Notes: generated by a model from the sequence alone, not told the origin. DNA of 64,000 bases from Utricularia gibba (GCA_002189035.1 CM007990.1:5952001-6016000), one strand, 5' to 3'; counted from the first letter of the stretch, positions 10,360-24,224 are shown. Numbers and translations: made by a program.

Positions 10360-13300
10360 ATGGCGACGCCTAGGATACAGAAGGCGGGGATGTCGGTGAT
10401 CTCTACGGCGGGAGTTGATCAGACGGGACACTCGCCTCCATCTGTAAGCCTGTCGTCGCCGATTAGGATATTTCTGTTTTTTCATAAAGCGATTAGAGCG
10501 GAACTGGAGGGGCTTCATCGCTCGGCCCTGGCGCTGGCTACCAATATGAATGGCGGCGACGTGGAGCAGTTGACGGATAAGTGTCGTTTCTTGAGGTCGA
10601 TTTACGAGCACCATTGTAATGCGGAGGATGAGGTTTGTTTTCTTTTTCTTCTGGAGTTGGTTTGTTTTAGGGACGTAGTGGGTCATAAGGCTGTAAATTG
10701 CGGTCCGGTGAAATGCTATCTGTTGAACTCTTTGGAGGCTTTTTTAGGTGATTTAACTAGAATAGTTGGTATTGCCATCTAAGCAAGATGGTAAGTGAAG
10801 AACCTGTATTCGGCAACTTGGCCAGTGTTAGTGATCTGAGATTTTCTTCTCCGATCATTGTGTGGTTTATCTAAAATTAGTACGTGAGCTGCTTCTTTGA
10901 AGTCAGATCGGTGATATTAAACAAATTGAGTGTAGAATTATGCATTCCATGGACAATGCCAACTGCCATTTAGGATCATTCAGCTTGTCTCTCATTCATT
11001 ATTTCCCTGCCCGTGTGACACAATACTTGTTGTGCTTGCTTTGAAACTATTTCCGGATTCTAATGGCAGGTCATTTTTCCTGCTCTTGACATCCGTGTTA
11101 AGAATGTGGCACGGACATACTCCCTCGAGCATGCAGGTGAAAGTTTTCTCTTTCATCAGTTGTTTGCTTTGTTGAGGTGTAATGAGAAAAATGAGGAAAG
11201 CTACCACCGGGAGTTGGCTTCCTGTACCAGAGCTCTGCAGACATTAATCAATCAGCATCTGTCCAAGGAGGAAAAGCAGGTTTAGTTTTCTCTTTCTGAA
11301 TTTGAAAAATAGAGTCTTGAAAATTCATTAATAAAAATATGAGTTCAGTAACTTTTGATAAGGCAATTCTTGCATTACAATAAATGAGAATTACTTGTGC
11401 TACTGATATTAGAATTAGACATTTGTATTGGATCAGCAACGCTCTTAAAGGACCAGCTGTTGAGAATGTGGAATCAGCACCTTCTTCATGTTATGCCTGA
11501 TGGGTCTTGGATTCCTAGATATTCTCTCTCTTTTCAAAGATTTGATTCGTTTGATTTGACAGGTCCTCCCCCTACTTAACAACATGTTCTCATTTGAGGA
11601 GCAAGCATCACTAGCATGGAAGTTCTTGTGTAGCATTCCAGCAAGTATGATGGCAGAATTTTTGCCTTGGCTTTCATCATCAATTTCACCTGATGAACGC
11701 CATGAAATGCATGAATATTTGTGCCAGATTATACCTGAAGAACGACTGCTGCAACAGGTTTGATTCTTCTCTTTGAAACGTTCAGTGTAATACAACTCAT
11801 TAATCCTATTTAATTGGCTCACAATTTTGTTCAAAAAAAGGTCATTTTCAATTGGATTGATGGAGCAAGAGTGAGCAACAAGCGTAAGCGTTCTGATGAT
11901 GATCTTGCACATTCTGGTAATTATTATAATGTAACTGAGAATGATCAATGCTCCCTCGAATATTCAATGAATGGAGAAAGAACGGTGTTGTCTGCTGGAA
12001 CTCCTCTTAGGTGTTCAATGCATCACCCTGTGGATAGTATATTGCATTGGCACAAGGCTATCCTGCAGGAACTGAGTGATATTGCTGAAGCAGCCAGAAG
12101 TATAAAACTTAATGGGGATTTCTCTAATCTACATGACTTTGACAAGCGGCTCCAATTTATAGCTGAAGTATGTATTTTCCACAGGTAATTTCCATGCTGG
12201 TTTTGTCGTTTGATGATGACATTTTATCTATATGAAAAATGATTTGATTTCATTTATTTATTACTGATGCAGCATTGCTGAAGACAAAGTTATATTCCCC
12301 GCAGTAGATGCTGAAGTGTCTTTTGCTGAGGAGCATGCAAGGGAAGAGAGTGAATTTGAAAAATTTCGATGCTTGATAGAGAAAATCCAAAATGCTGGAG
12401 CCAACTCAGCTGCTGAATTTTATTCTGAATTGTACTCTTTGGCTGATAATATAATGGAGACGATTAAGAAGCATTTTCTCAATGAGGAAATTGAGGTGTG
12501 CAGTTTTATGCTATGAAGGCAATCCTAGATACTTGTAATTTAATTATCTTCTTCCATTTGAAGACTTTCTGATTCCTTGTTCACAAGTGCACTGAAACTA
12601 CTGTTGGAGGGTGGCTTTTTCCGTTGATGTGTGGAGGGTTATATGCTGTGATTTAGCTATATGCTGCTCTATATTTGCCTTCAGTTTTAATGCAATTAAT
12701 ATTCTTGGTTTCATTTCATCATTATAAATTCGTAATTTGTTGCAGATTCTTCCACTTGTCAGGAAGCATTTCAACCCTGAACGACAGCGAGTACTTGTTT
12801 ATCAGAGTTTGTGTGTAATGCCATTGAGATTGCTTGAGGGTGTCTTACCATGGTTGTTAGGGTCAATGAATGAAGAGGAAGCAAGATGCTTTCTCTGTAA
12901 CATGCATATGGCAGGTTTGTGGTGCTTCATTGTCTTTCTTAATGTAGCCTTCTGAAAGTGCTATGACTTAGCATTTCTTCTGAATGCAGCTCCTGTATAT
13001 GATAGCGCCTTGGTAACTCTATTTTCTGGATGGGCATGCAAGGGTCGTCCAATTGGAACCTGCTTCTCTTCCAATGTAGAAGATCTCAAGGATTTAGAAG
13101 AGCAGTATGCCCGACAGTGCCATTTCTCTATCTACAGAAGTAAATCTAATGATTTCACAACTTCTAGTCACTCTGACAGCAGTGGCTCTTTGGCCAAGAA
13201 AGAAAGCATAAATTGTTTGGTAGAAACTGCCACCAGCGTTAATCATCTGCCCGAATATGCAGAATACTCGGTGGCAAAAAAGACTTGTTTCGCTCCTGCA

Positions 13301-15894
13301 TTAGGATTCAATAGCCAAAATCTAGGAATGTCCTCACTGCCCACTGCAAGATCTCTGCGTGCATTGTCTTTTGGTTCCAGTGCTCCCCGTCTCAATTCTA
13401 GTCTCTTTCAATGGGGAGCAGATAGTAACTCAGAATCAAGCATTGCTACAACCAGGCCGATTGATTGCATTTTCAAGTTTCATATAGCAATCCGGAAAGA
13501 TTTGGAATTTCTGGATGCCGAATCTTGGAAACTTCTAGATTTTGATGAATCTTTCCTCAGGCAGTTCAGTGGACGGTTACATCTTTTATGGGGCCTGTAT
13601 AAGGCTCATAGTAATGCAGAGGATGACATTGTCTTCCCTGCATTAGAGTCAAAGGAAACTCTTCATAATGTTAGCCTTTCTTACACATTGGACCACAAGC
13701 AGGAAGAAAAGCTGTTTGGGGATATCTCTTCTGCTTTATCTACGCTTTCTCAAATTCTTGACAGTGTGAATTCAAAAACCGTAGGGGGAAATATATGTGA
13801 AAGTTTCTCTGGTGAGTCTTCAAAAAGATACACAGAATTGGCAACTAGGATTCAGGGCATGTGTAAATCGCTCAAAGTAACACTAGATCAGCACATCACT
13901 AGAGAAGAATTTGAACTCTGGCCTTTGTTTGACAGACATTTTTCCATTGATGAACAAGAAAAATTGGTCGGTCGCATTATTGGCAATACAGGTGCAGAAG
14001 TTCTTCAGACAATGCTACCGTGGGTTACATCTCCTCTTACCCAGGAAGAGCAGAATAGAATGATGGACATTTGGAAAAATGCTACTAAAAACACAATGTT
14101 CAGTGAGTGGCTTGAGGAGTGGTGGGAAGTAAAGCCAGGAGCTTCTTCAAACAACATACCAACATCAGAAAACGGCATCGCACAAGGTACTTAAGGAAAA
14201 ATAATATCTTCAGTGCTTCAGTTTTGCACTCCTATTTGAGATTGATGTTCTTGATTACAAAGAACTGGTAAAAAAAAGATTAAAAAAAATGGCATGTAAT
14301 CCTAAGCGTTAGGTGTGAAATTTTCAGACCAAGAAGTACATGAGTCCATGGGCCATTGTGAGAAGACTTTTAAGCCTGGTTGGAATGATATCTTCCGGAT
14401 GAACCAAAATGAGCTTGAATCTGAGATCAGGAAAGTTTCTCGTGACACAACTCTTGATCCAAGAAGAAAAGCCTATCTGATTCAAAACCTAATGACAAGG
14501 TACTGCCCAGTTTCAGGGTTGTTTTTGTTTGGTCCTTAGCATGTTTTGCATATCCTATTCACCCATCATTTCAGTCGGTGGTTAGCCTTCCAGCAAAAGT
14601 CTTCAAACTCAAGATCAAGTGAAGCCAGTGATGATGATTTACTTGGGCGTTCCCGGTCGTTCCGGGATCCTGAAAAACAAATCTTTGGATGCCAGCATTA
14701 CAAAAGAAACTGCAAAATTCGTGCAGCTTGCTGTGGGAAATTATTTGCATGCAGATTCTGTCATGATGAAATCAGTGACCATACGATGGATAGGTGAACT
14801 CATGAAACACGAAAATCCATACGTTTTCCGGGTTTGAGGTATTGAACTGTGCATTAATAATTGGTTGTTTCTACAGGAAGACGACTTCTGAAATGATGTG
14901 CATGAAATGTCTAGAAATTCAGCCGATTGGTCCAGTTTGCCTAACCCCTTCTTGTAATGGTTTTTCAATGGCAAAATACTATTGCAGTAGCTGCAAATTT
15001 TTTGATGATGAACGGTGAGCTTCTACAATGATTTATTCACTTGTTCTCCCCTGCTTTAGATGTTCTAGCTTGTAGTTATCTTCTTTCATTAATTTGTTCT
15101 GAAATGCTGTTTCGCAGGGAAGTTTATCACTGCCCTTTCTGCAATTTGTGCCGCGTTGGTAAAGGACTAGGCATCGATTTCTTCCATTGCATGAAGTGTA
15201 ATTGCTGCTTGGCAATGAAACTAGTCGAGCACAAGTGCAGGGAGAAGAGCCTTGAAACTAATTGCCCCATATGTTGCGACTTTCTGTTCACATCAAGTAC
15301 AGCCGTGAGGGCTCTTCCCTGTGGTCATTACATGCATTCTGCTTGCTTCCAGGTCTTCATTTCTTTGTCCTCCTTATCCACATCATCTGCACAACCGCAG
15401 ACCACATGCAGTCTTGATTTCTTTTAAACTCTTCTCTTCATTTTGCTGCTCGCTCACCAGGCTTACGCTTGCACCCACTACATCTGCCCCATCTGCAGCA
15501 AGTCAATGGGAAACATGTCGGTAAGGCGACACTTGAGCGCTCCTTATCTGATAGTCACAAACATTCCCATCTGCGTTTTTCAAACTCCACTCATGTTGCC
15601 TGTAGGTCTACTTCGGCATGCTCGACGCACTGATGGCATCACAAGTGCTCCCTGAAGAATACAGAGATCGATGTCAGGTACTGATCGCTCTTCTGTTTCG
15701 AGTTAGATTACACGTTAGAGATGCAATGAGTTCATAAGTTGGAGATGGGAAACTCGCAGGACATCCTGTGCAACGACTGCGACAGAAAAGGAACCGCCCC
15801 ATTCCACTGGCTGTATCACAAATGTGGGCTATGTGGCTCCTACAATACCAGAGTGATAAAAGCTGAGAGAGATCGCAGCTGCTCCTCCACATAG
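10360..15894 (+). CDS. BTS: BRUTUS: hemerythrin/HHE + CHY zinc finger + RING E3 ligase (iron sensor)
   Basis: FHKAIRAEL...[12 protein letters not shown] repeats, [16 protein letters not shown] (CHY) and [10 protein letters not shown]...[11 protein letters not shown] (RING-H2). About 14 exons traced with GT-AG boundaries. Confidence 0.96.
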
Positions 15895-15955
15895 CTCCTC
15901 CCTCTCGCACTCTCATGTACATTGTGGAATCATGCACTTACACCACACACAGACT

Positions 15956-16067
15956 CTTCTAACAACAACTGGATCTAATGACTCTTCTACACAGGCCATG
16001 CTTATTGAAGTCCTACAAAAAACTTCATTCTTTGGCTCCCTTCTAACAGCAACTGGATCTAATGACT
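15956..16067 (+). repeat. 28-bp direct repeat pair downstream of the BTS stop
   Basis: cttctaacaacaactggatctaatgact (15956-15983) and cttctaacagcaactggatctaatgact (16040-16067); one mismatch. Confidence 0.9.
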
Positions 16068-17384
16068 GTTTCCCCCACTACTTCACTGCTCTGCTATACT
16101 TGAAGTCAAACGTGGAGCGCAACACCCAAACCTGATCACTTGCTCATTAATGTGTCACATCATGCTTATTTTATGACGCAGGTTGCCATTAACGTTGACC
16201 TGAAGCAAACTCCGCCACATAGAAATGCAAAATGGTGTTAGTGGGGCGGCGCACAAGGTTGGTCATTGTGATCATCACCATGCTTTCTGCATACCCAAAC
16301 CACCAAGTCTTCGGAAACGTTGCGTTTCACAGACCTCATGGCGGAGACAGGCCATGGAAAGGATCACACGGCCACGCCAGGAGAATTCCAGTTCCAGACA
16401 ACTTCAAAGTTGTCCGAATGCAGAAGGGAACCAAAAAGGAGACGGTTTATATCATGGCATAAACTTTTACAATCATAGCAATGGGGGAAACGAGTCCAAG
16501 ATGGAATCAGGCCAAACCCACATGTAGTGGTCTAATACGAGACAACAACATCCCAGAGAATATTAGGTTTCAGACACAAGCCATCCATTTAGACAGACAT
16601 GCAGCAGCCGCTCGGTACAAGGGGAACGTGTGGCGGTGGCGCACCGCATGAAAAAGATGGAAGAATGTTTGTCCTTGTAAACCAGATTAATATGTTCCCC
16701 ATCCCCATCAACATTTTGTTATTACAACAAGAAAACAAACTCTTATTTCCTGATGACCCCAAAAAAATCATGATAAATGATTTGACAATCGACGCCACAC
16801 CCTCCAGAGCAATTGACGATAATCAGCATCCCACGTCGCGAAAAATGGTGCATCTTTATTATTCATGGTATGGGTGTTCTGCAAGATATCATTTTTTATA
16901 ACTATCTCGGGGTTCGGGTATTCGTCAAAAGTACAAAAAAAGAAGGAAAAATTATCTGCAGTTCCATCGAACTTGGTCCTTGTTTCGAGTTTCGGGAGAT
17001 GCCAAATGAAACCCATCCATCCGCTAAGTCAATGCTCCCATACTGTGCAATCATGTCCATCATTGATCGAAAATGGGATAGAGGAATGTAGTTTCAGGAG
17101 TACATGATGCAATTGACGTGTTTTAGTATCTTGTGTGTGTTGAATGGTTGTGATGAGGATGAAGATCAGAAGACAAAAGGAATCCCGATTGGGGTCCCCG
17201 AAGTGGAACCTTGGATGGCGTTCCAAATTTGCACTATTACTCTTATTTTCTTCTCTTCTTGGGATATCCGCAGCCATCTCGGTCACGCCCTTCTATAAAT
17301 TCTCCTCCCATACGCCAAAATGTCACCATGTGTTCTCGCCTGCGTTTCCATTTTCATGATCGGATCGAGTGTGATTTTCTCAGC

Positions 17385-17855
17385 ATGGGAGGCGTAGGGT
17401 GTGATTTTGATAGGAAGGCATGCAAAACAAGTGGAAAACTGAAGCTCTTTGGGTTCCATGTGGATGGGGATGGCGGCGGGGCTACCCCGGAGGACTGCCG
17501 GAGATACGAGTGTCAGTACTGTCACCGGGAGTTCGCCAACTCGCAGGCTCTCGGCGGTCACCAGAACGCGCATAAAAAGGAGAGACAGAAGCTCAAGAAA
17601 GCCGCCCGAAGCGCCTCCGTTGTGCCGCCGACCCCTTCCGGTGCCGTCGTTGTTCCAGCGACGGCCCTTCCCGCTCCGTCGTGGGTCTACATCCCACGCG
17701 CCACCCCAGCGTTCCAGGTGCCGTGTGCTGGCGGTGAGGTAGGCTTCCTGTGGAGTGATGTTGGCGTTGGGCCTGGGCCGACCGTGGAGGCCCGTGATGA
17801 GGATGACGGTGTGCAGCTCGACCTGCAGCTGGGGTTGGCCCGAGCCTCGCCGTGA
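17385..17855 (+). CDS. Single C2H2 zinc-finger protein, GIS3/ZFP5-6 class with EAR-like C-terminus
   Basis: [28 protein letters not shown] and LDLQLGL motifs; intronless. Confidence 0.93.
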   Translation: MGGVGCDFDRKACKTSGKLKLFGFHVDGDGGGATPEDCRRYECQYCHREFANSQALGGHQNAHKKERQKLKKAARSASVVPPTPSGAVVVPATALPAPSWVYIPRATPAFQVPCAGGEVGFLWSDVGVGPGPTVEARDEDDGVQLDLQLGLARASP

Positions 17856-19070
17856 ATTCCACAAATTCATGAGGAAGCATAAAACAGAGTCGTGTACAGT
17901 TCCGTATTAACATTTTTCATTATTCCTCCGCAGTGTCGAGTCGATATGGGATTGCTTAATCCGATGCACCGTTTTTCTTTTCCATCACAATAAGCATCCA
18001 TTTCCATACCCAGACACCCTCAAGAACGATCCATATCATAAAAAATCCAACTTGATATATTTTCTAGCACAGCAACCTCCATGGAACTGATCTGCTCTTC
18101 TTGTTGCTGCTGCTGCTAAGAATGGGTGAACGGAGTGGAATTCACGTTCTGATGTCTCCACATAGGGACGCGTTTCCAGAGCCTCCGCCCACAGACAAAA
18201 GCTCTCGACGCGATGGAGGGCGCCATGCCTGCTCTATCATCAATCAATCGATGCGCCGCTCGCAGAAAGATATTTTCTTTAATGTAGTTTCTTTGGACTG
18301 TCGAACTCGGAGACCCCGCATTTTCACATGGAGGCTACACCAGCAACAGCCTTCGCGACACGTGCCTGGATTTGAAGTGAAAAGGCGCACTGCGTAATGG
18401 GCCGAACTGTAGTCCCACAGACCTTTCTGAGGGCTACCCCAAATCAAATCCACTCTTTCTTTCAAGTTTCAAGCAAGCCCTTTGGAGGTGGTGATTGGGA
18501 AGCCGGCAGGGTTTTGCTGCTGCGAGGAGGCGATGGCGATTTCACGGGAAAAAGGAGTGAACTTTGTAATCAGTGGGAGATGGCGCTGGGGGGTGATTGG
18601 GGATGGAAGCCTATGTACGGGGATTGGTGGAATGTGGCAAGGTGGGTGGTGGTCCATCCCGTCTATTCAATTTACCCCATCTCCATTTTCGGAGTTGCGC
18701 AACCAGGGGACCCCATCCTCTACCTATCTGGCACAAAAACCCCATCTTTGGCGCTTCATCGTCTCCATGACACATGGGACGAAGCCGGAAAGGCACCCCA
18801 ACCCAACTCCGTTCTTCGGCATCCTTCTGCTGTGCTCATCTGAACGCCGTTAGCCAGCTGCCTCTGCTAACAACTTCTTCACATCTGCTCTTTTGTTAAT
18901 CGGCCAAAAAAGAGTAGCAGTAAATGGTGCCAACTAATGAGTTATGGATGTGAAAATGGAAATAGGATGATAAGGTACACGTGAAAATTGGAAAAAATGT
19001 TTTTTTTTGTCTTATGAGATTGGTATATAGAGAGCTTCGCTTAGGCCAAGGCCGCAATACTGAGACCAGA

Positions 19071-20229
19071 ATGCACCACCAGTTCAATGCCTCGGTTTCA
19101 ACTACGCAGGAGGAGGGCTCTTATCGGCCTTGTTTCCACCGAGTCTCGCCGTCGAATATCGACCGGTTTGCCGGTTATCGGCAGCTTCAACCGCACCCAA
19201 CTTGCCTGCTTGAAGACGAGGGTTCACGACAAATCGGCCCCAGCTATCCCATATTCCATCCATCCCAGCCTTTCTTCTCTTCCGGCACCACCACTGACAT
19301 GATCCAGGAACCTGATGTCTTTGATCCTGCTGTCTCACAATCAGGATCGCTGAAGCAGGTTTATTATTTTATATGCCAAACTTTTTTGTTCTGCGTTCTG
19401 ATGAAATGCCCTATGCGGGTTTTTGGATCATATGCGTGAATTTATTGAGAAAACAGAACTGCGATGGGAAGAAAAGGAAGAGAATGAGTCACGGAGAAGG
19501 TGAGACGCCAAGAGAAGTTGTTCATGTTAGAGCCAAGAGAGGGCAAGCTACTGACAGCCATAGTTTGGCCGAAAGGGTTTGTATCCATCATCTTTCGACA
19601 TCGCTTTGTTCTACTTCTCCTTTCGTTACAGACATTCGATCTTCATCCGGGAAAAAAAAAACCCAGATAAGAAGAGAGAAGATCAACGAGAAGCTGAGGT
19701 GCTTGCAAGATCTGGTTCCTGGTTGCTATAAGGTAATAAAATGATGAACTGTCGTTCCCTTTTTTTTAATCCAATGACTAGAAAACTACAAGTGATGCCA
19801 TACAAAATTTGCAGACAATGGGAATGGCTGTTATGCTGGATGTGATAATCAACTATGTGAGGTCTCTTCAGAACCAAATTGATGTAAGAAAGTCGCTTTT
19901 TCGGAAACTGCACCCTGGCTTCTTTTCTTTTATGTTTTTTTAAACAAGTTCTTCTCCTTCGGTTTCAGTTTCTGTCCATGAAACTATCAGCAGCAAGCTT
20001 GTTCTACGATTTCAACTCCTTAGACGGAGAGTCCACGGCAGCTCAACCTCTGCATGTAAGTTGCAAAAACGAAGCCCTAGAGCTTGTTTCCAAACGATGG
20101 CCATTCTTTGCTGACGCCGCTGCTTTTCACCAGGGCAATGTGGACGGAGATGAAGGCGCCGGCCCGCGAGTCGACGATGGAGTTTACGGCGGGATTCCTT
20201 GCTACTATCCACCATCCTGGTCGCTTTGA
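19071..20229 (+). CDS. bHLH transcription factor, BEE/CESTA (bHLH75) class; start codon uncertain
   Basis: [20 protein letters not shown]...[10 protein letters not shown]...[19 protein letters not shown]...LSMKLSAAS, ending in WSL. Confidence 0.9.
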
Positions 20230-20263
20230 TGATTCCAGTCACATGAAGAGCAAGATCTCTGGG

Positions 20264-20267
20264 GTGT

Positions 20268-20300
<33 letters not shown>
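20264..20300 (+). repeat. (GT)n/(GCGT)n compound microsatellite
   Basis: Directly visible downstream of the bHLH stop. Confidence 0.9.
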
Positions 20301-20301
<1 letters not shown>

Positions 20302-21092
20302 TCTGGATATCTATGCATGTCTTTCGGACATGGAGGGCGAATCTGAAGAGATAGAGCATGTCCAAATGCTAACAACTCCTGAAGGGACAGTGGCCGACTG
20401 TAATGCCCTTTAACGTCGAAAATCATTTAAAATTAATTATGAAATCACCCCACAAGTTTCAATTATATACGATGTTTTTCTAGGAAATTAAATATTTAAA
20501 ATGGAATATAGATAGTGACATTTATTATAAAATTTGGATGGCTAGGATAAGCAAGGCTTGCTTTTGGGGTATATTTTAGAAAAAATGATTTTGAAAATAA
20601 AATATTGATTTTTATTTCAATAAAATAGGAGTACTGGGTGGGGTTTAGTCCGGACGGGGCGCGGTCTGGGAAACAGTGAGAGAGTCTGTGACGGAGCCAT
20701 TTAATCAAAAAATAGCTTATTTTTATTATTTAAAATGGAAACAATAATAGAACTCACAGCCTGGTCGTTGGATTTATTACGCTTATACTTTTCGAAAACG
20801 CCACTCAAAAATGAAAAAAATGCACATTTGCCCCTCATTTGTTTGATAATTATATTTATTAGCTTTATAGATATCCACTTAATGGGCCGTCTGTATCACG
20901 AAACTGGGCCTGGAGTTGATTCTATTGGACCGGCTGTCGTGATCATGTGAAATACGTAAGCGTTGGATATTGTCCGACGCACGGTGAATGGGCGGATGGA
21001 TAAAGGCGACACGGCGACTCGTCAGAGTGGACCGCTGTATAAATCACCCTGTGCCTATCCTTGTTTCTTTGCACGGAGAAGGAGATTGCGAA

Positions 21093-22126
21093 ATGGAGAA
21101 GAAGAAGGTGATGGTGGCGATTGACGAGAGCGAAACGAGCTTGTACGCTCTCAAGTGGGCGCTCGAGAATCTACGCGAGAGTATGCGTGATTCCAAGGTC
21201 TTCATTTTCACGGCTCAGCCCATGGATGACATGAAGTACATTTATGCTTCGGCTTATGGGTCTGCGCGTACGTTTCCTTTTCTCGCTCATTTTTCTCCGG
21301 TTGAGTTGAATTGAATTTGGGGAGAGTTTGTGCTCCTGCCGCAGCTCCTGAATTGGTTGATTATGTGCGAGAGAATCATCGGAAAGTTGCCGAATCTTTG
21401 CTGGAGGACGCCAAGGGGATATGCGAAAAATCTGGGGTAGTAGTAGTTGTTGTTTGTAGTGTACAGACCTGGGAAAGTCTTCTGATTGATCTTTGTAGGT
21501 GACTGCTGAGACTTTTACGGAGCCCGGAGATCCCAAGGATGCTATCTGCAAAGCAGTGGATGATCATGAAATCGAATTGCTCGTTGTTGGCAGCCATGGC
21601 CGCAAAGCCATTCAGAGGTTGCACATTCCTTACTCCTATAAATGCTTCTTAGTTAAACATGCCTCTCGCATTCACCATATTGCCTTGAATCTCGGATAAT
21701 CGCAAACTTCCTTTCTGTGCTCAACATTGCTTCTAGCTCTATCATTTATGTGTGCAATATGCTGCATTCCTCAGCTTAGCTTGTTAGGAGAACTTGCAAT
21801 GAACAAGCTGCACCTTTCGTCAGTTTAGCAAGCTTGTGTCTTGTGAATGATGATAGATACTAAGCTTGGTTCCGTTTCAGTTCTCTTTGCTTTAGATTGG
21901 CAATTTTTCCCTTGCGGGAGATGGTGAAATTGATCCTCGAGGCTTGACAAACATGAGTGATGGAACCCAATGCTTGATCTTTGTGTCTTATAGACATGAT
22001 TTATGATTCCAAATGCTAAATCAGCAGTCTTGTGTTTGTGGGAACAGGGCTTTCCTGGGAAGTGTCAGCAGTTACTGCGTTCACAACGCAAAGTGCCCTG
22101 TTCTTGTCGTGAGGAAGAAGCACTGA
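21093..22126 (+). CDS. Universal stress protein A-like (adenine nucleotide alpha hydrolase fold)
   Basis: KVMVAIDESE, GDPKDAIC, LLVVGSHG and FLGSVSSYCVHNAKCPVLVV; 4 exons. Confidence 0.93.
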
Positions 22127-23330
22127 AGAGATGCATTCCCCCACTGCTGCTTCCACAACTAATGTAAATCAGCTTGAGCCTGGTCTTTACGCATTTGTAA
22201 TCAAGCACTTGGTGTGTTTTCCCACACTGAATACGCCGTTTAATATTATTATCATAACTATTACTTTAATTTAATTTTCTTTGTAAAAATTAGTATTTAA
22301 AACAACAAGAAAAACGAAAGGGAAATAATCATTGTTAAACACCAGTGATTTTTCAAAAAAAAAATTTCAAAATCTGTTTATTTTTAACTTAATTTCATCT
22401 TCATTAAAATCATTTTTTATTTTTTAATTATATTTTAAAAATGCGTCAGTTATTAGCAGCCGCGCAAGGCGAGTGGCATGTCTCTCGTCACGCGTCACGA
22501 GTGGCGTGTGTAATGACATAAACTTCCCCGTTAAATTAAAGCGAATAATTTTATTAATATAATTAACAAATGCGACCGATTTGCCGTTTAAAGCGTTAAT
22601 GGCGGCGTCTCTGTCTTCCGGTTAGAAAGAGTCCGGCCTCTTGCCTCATAGTTTCTATTCTCCGCCGAGCAGACCTTATTCGATTCTCTTGTTCGTCTTC
22701 CCTTTTTCCATGTTTATTCTTTCTTCCTCTTCTTAGCTTTTAAATCTTCCGTAGGATTCACTATACCCTAATTTGTACAGGTAATTCTAGATCCTTGTTT
22801 TTGGAAGCTGGGTCAGCTGATCTGCTTCTGTTTTTCGTTCGGGTGTCATTTTTTTGGGTTCTTCTTTTTTATCTGAATGACCGGTTGACAAGGGGTGACG
22901 AACAGTTGGGCATCTTTTCTTGAGTTTTTTTTTTTCAATTTTGTTGCCTCTGGAAGCGGGGGTTGTCGGATTCAAAAGATCTTGACCGGATCTGTGGAGC
23001 GATGTAGAAAGTTTAAGGGATTTGTTGAAAATTAGCTTTTTTTATCTCCCCATGGAAGGATTTTCTTGTTCTCCCTGAATTGATGCCGATGATTTTCATT
23101 TGACCTGCCTTCTTTAAGTTTTGTGAAGAGTGTTGATTCGGGTTTATAGTCAGATCCGTTCAGTTTTTCTCGGAAGTATTAATCTATCACGTCACACTCA
23201 AATTCAAATATAGAATTCAAAATCGAGTATGTGCTTGCTTACTTAGGTTGACGACAGGTGTATATGTTCTCGGTTTGAAGTTCATTGTCCTCTTAACTGC
23301 AGGTTCCCCTTTTGTATGGAATATATGAGA

Positions 23331-24224
23331 ATGAGTCCTTGTGCCATTCAACAGAATAGCTTTGCTACACCTGAGGATGCCTGGACCAGGCCACTTACCG
23401 CTGCCAGATCTGTTGAGAAGAAGGGTCTGGTGGTTTGTCCGAAGCCTCGGCGGCTTACCCTGATCCAGGCTATGGCTGATCCTTCTCGTGCAAGACCCTT
23501 GACATTTTTTGTGAGGTAAATTCAATTTACTATTAGCTGGAGCCTCATTGTGTGGTTTGGTTATTTGCATCTGAAAGTTGTTTTTTGTGGCAGTCCACAC
23601 CTAGAAGATGGTGATGTGAAGGCTGAGTTACTGGATATAATTCTTTCCAAGGTTCGTTCTTTATTCGATCTATTCTTCAATTTTGAAGAAGTAGCCCAAT
23701 CTATGCTCTAGATGCTGGTCAATCAAACAGGGATGGATGTGTGATTTTCCACAGATGCCTTAACTTCATTGCAATGTATTGAAAAATAATGGATGGTTCC
23801 TTTTTACTTTCAGGGGCACTGTACTTTAGATTGCTTAATCTGAAAATGATGAGCAGTGCCATTGATTGTTAGCTACTGTTTCTGTTTCCTGGTCTAACGA
23901 TGAACCTGGATATTGGAGTCTCAGGATGTTAGCAGCAGTTGTACAGATAAGAGTTTTCTTCAAGACATAGCCTCGTCGTCACCCCCATTTTTTTCCGGGT
24001 CACCACCGAGTAGAGTTTCTAACCCCCTGATTCAAGATGCTCGGTTTGGGGATGAGAAGTTCATCCCCGTGCCTCCAAGAGCTCTCTCAACCCCGTCTGG
24101 TGTGTCTCCCCCCATTGTTGGGGCGAAGTTTCGCAGCAGCCCGGCCACGAGAATTGTAGGATTTGACTGCCTCGACAGGAGCAATAGGCGTAACTGCGGC
24201 AGCACCATCCCCGCCCCGGCATGA
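23331..24224 (+). CDS. Conserved plant protein of unknown function (At1g68490/At1g13390-like)
   Basis: VCPKPRR, AELLDIILSK, PPFFSGSPPSRVSNPLIQDARF and RIVGFDCL blocks over 3 exons; start could be 23316. Confidence 0.8.

Noticed and set aside
17283-17870. 195-aa antisense ORF over the zinc-finger gene
   Set aside because: It is the shadow of GC-rich coding sequence and has no domain.
18101-18853. Several 98-148 aa ORFs upstream of the bHLH gene
   Set aside because: They are low-complexity, overlap in several frames and show no family motif or exon pattern. The region is probably regulatory.
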